Of a stretch of DNA of 38,218 nucleotides, positions 37,295-38,218 are shown one piece after another (positions within the stretch are counted from its first letter, which is position 1; every line of letters starts with the position of its first letter). The DNA lies in contig CAJVPI010000263.1 of NCBI GenBank assembly GCA_910592345.1, positions 1 to 38,218 of the forward strand, in the 5' to 3' direction. A model generated the notes under the pieces. That model was given only the letters and a program-made list of their open reading frames with translations. It did not search any database and was not told where the DNA came from. This DNA comes from Paraglomus brasilianum (lineage: Eukaryota). A program made the position numbers and the translations under genes.

Positions 37295-37597
37295 TATATA
37301 CGCGTTTTACTTTTCGCTTTCTTGATGGGTAGTTCTTTATCGAAGGATTTCTAAAGAGTTTGGTATCATCTGTCTTTAAAAGATTAAGAAGCGACTTTTC
37401 TCTGTATATTGAGGAAGATATATGACCGTCCAAGCTGACTGTATAAACAGGAACACGACGTTGATACAATTTTATGACAGACGTTCATTCCTTCGCCTCA
37501 CATTCACAATTCTTACGCTCTTATCCCAAAAAAGGGAAAGACAAATATTTACTGAATGATTCTTGCAAATAAATAGGATTCATTCATTCAACTAAGC

Positions 37598-38118
37598 TCA
37601 TTTGATAAGGTTGCTACTGGAAGGGACATTAGTGGTATTGGCAGTGGTATCGGAAATGATGATATCCTTTTGTAAAGAATCCTCTACAGCCATGGTGAAT
37701 TCCTCTCCCGCATATTTCCTTGAATCCAAGGGCTTTTTCTCTGGAAACTTGAATTCTTCTCTTTTGTATTTGGCCCATGCATACAAAATACCCGTTCTAG
37801 CAGCAAAGCTACCGAACGTCATCAGGACCGCGGCTACAGGTGCAACAATGAATGCACCGAGGACGGAATAATCGTCGACATATAGCCCATCTGGGAGTTG
37901 GAGAAGATTGATCCCATCCTTCGCGTTACCATAGAAGATAGTCCCGAATATGAAGATTCCTAATAGCCCGCTAATACTACCAATTAAGGAGTCGAACCAG
38001 TTCAAGAAATAAAGTGAATCGGCCAGACCAAGCATCACAGAAGGCATAGTTGCCGCGGCAACCAAATCACCGATCAAAAATACTCGCAGAACGTCAATGT
38101 TCTTAAGGGCAAGAACAA
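37598..38118 (-). CDS. Last exon of a probable sodium:solute symporter family transporter (5' part outside the window)
   Basis: Acceptor TTACTAG ends at 38119. Several TM helices (VLRVFLIGDLVAAATMPSVMLGL, GSISGLLGIFIFG, GAFIVAPVAAVLMTF) as in fungal SSS/Dur3-like permeases; hydrophilic tail. Confidence 0.65.
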
Positions 38119-38142
38119 CTAGTAAATGCAAACATTAAAAGT

Positions 38143-38143
<1 letters not shown>

Positions 38144-38218
<75 letters not shown>
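38144..38218. repeat. 75-nt poly(A) homopolymer running to the window end
   Basis: Read directly; lies in the symporter intron and is probably a contig-end artefact in part. Confidence 0.9.

Noticed and set aside
38144..38218. Retroposon poly(A) tail or mRNA tail
   Set aside because: It is antisense to the adjacent gene, intronic and at the sequence end; likely a homopolymer at an assembly break.

Overview
AT-rich, intron-dense eukaryotic DNA, most likely from an early-diverging fungus (Mucoromycota/Glomeromycotina-like; inferred from mostly short GT-AG introns, gene content and transposon style). Spliced by eye, the window holds a Git3/cAMP-receptor-like GPCR, a small secreted divergent CAP/SCP-like protein, FMP46/DUF1687, a truncated RRP6 exonuclease fragment, VPS23, EMC4, a conserved small membrane protein, a membrane-anchored SET-domain protein, VPS1 head-to-head with NEO1, an SR-type RRM/zinc-knuckle splicing factor, PI31 and the last exon of a sodium:solute symporter. 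It also carries several DNA-transposon relics: a deleted pogo-like element, two copies of one MITE family and a decayed Tc1/IS630-like transposase. Best leads: (1) the transmembrane-anchored minimal SET protein resembling bacterial effector methyltransferases; (2) a catalytically dead RRP6 exon between degenerate transposon-like ends; (3) apparent introns just downstream of stop codons in several genes, plus a poison cassette exon in the SR gene; (4) a strongly base-paired RNA in an oversized NEO1 intron; (5) the His/Cys/Trp-free secreted CAP-like protein. All family calls come from motif recognition, not database searches, and no new system is demonstrated.
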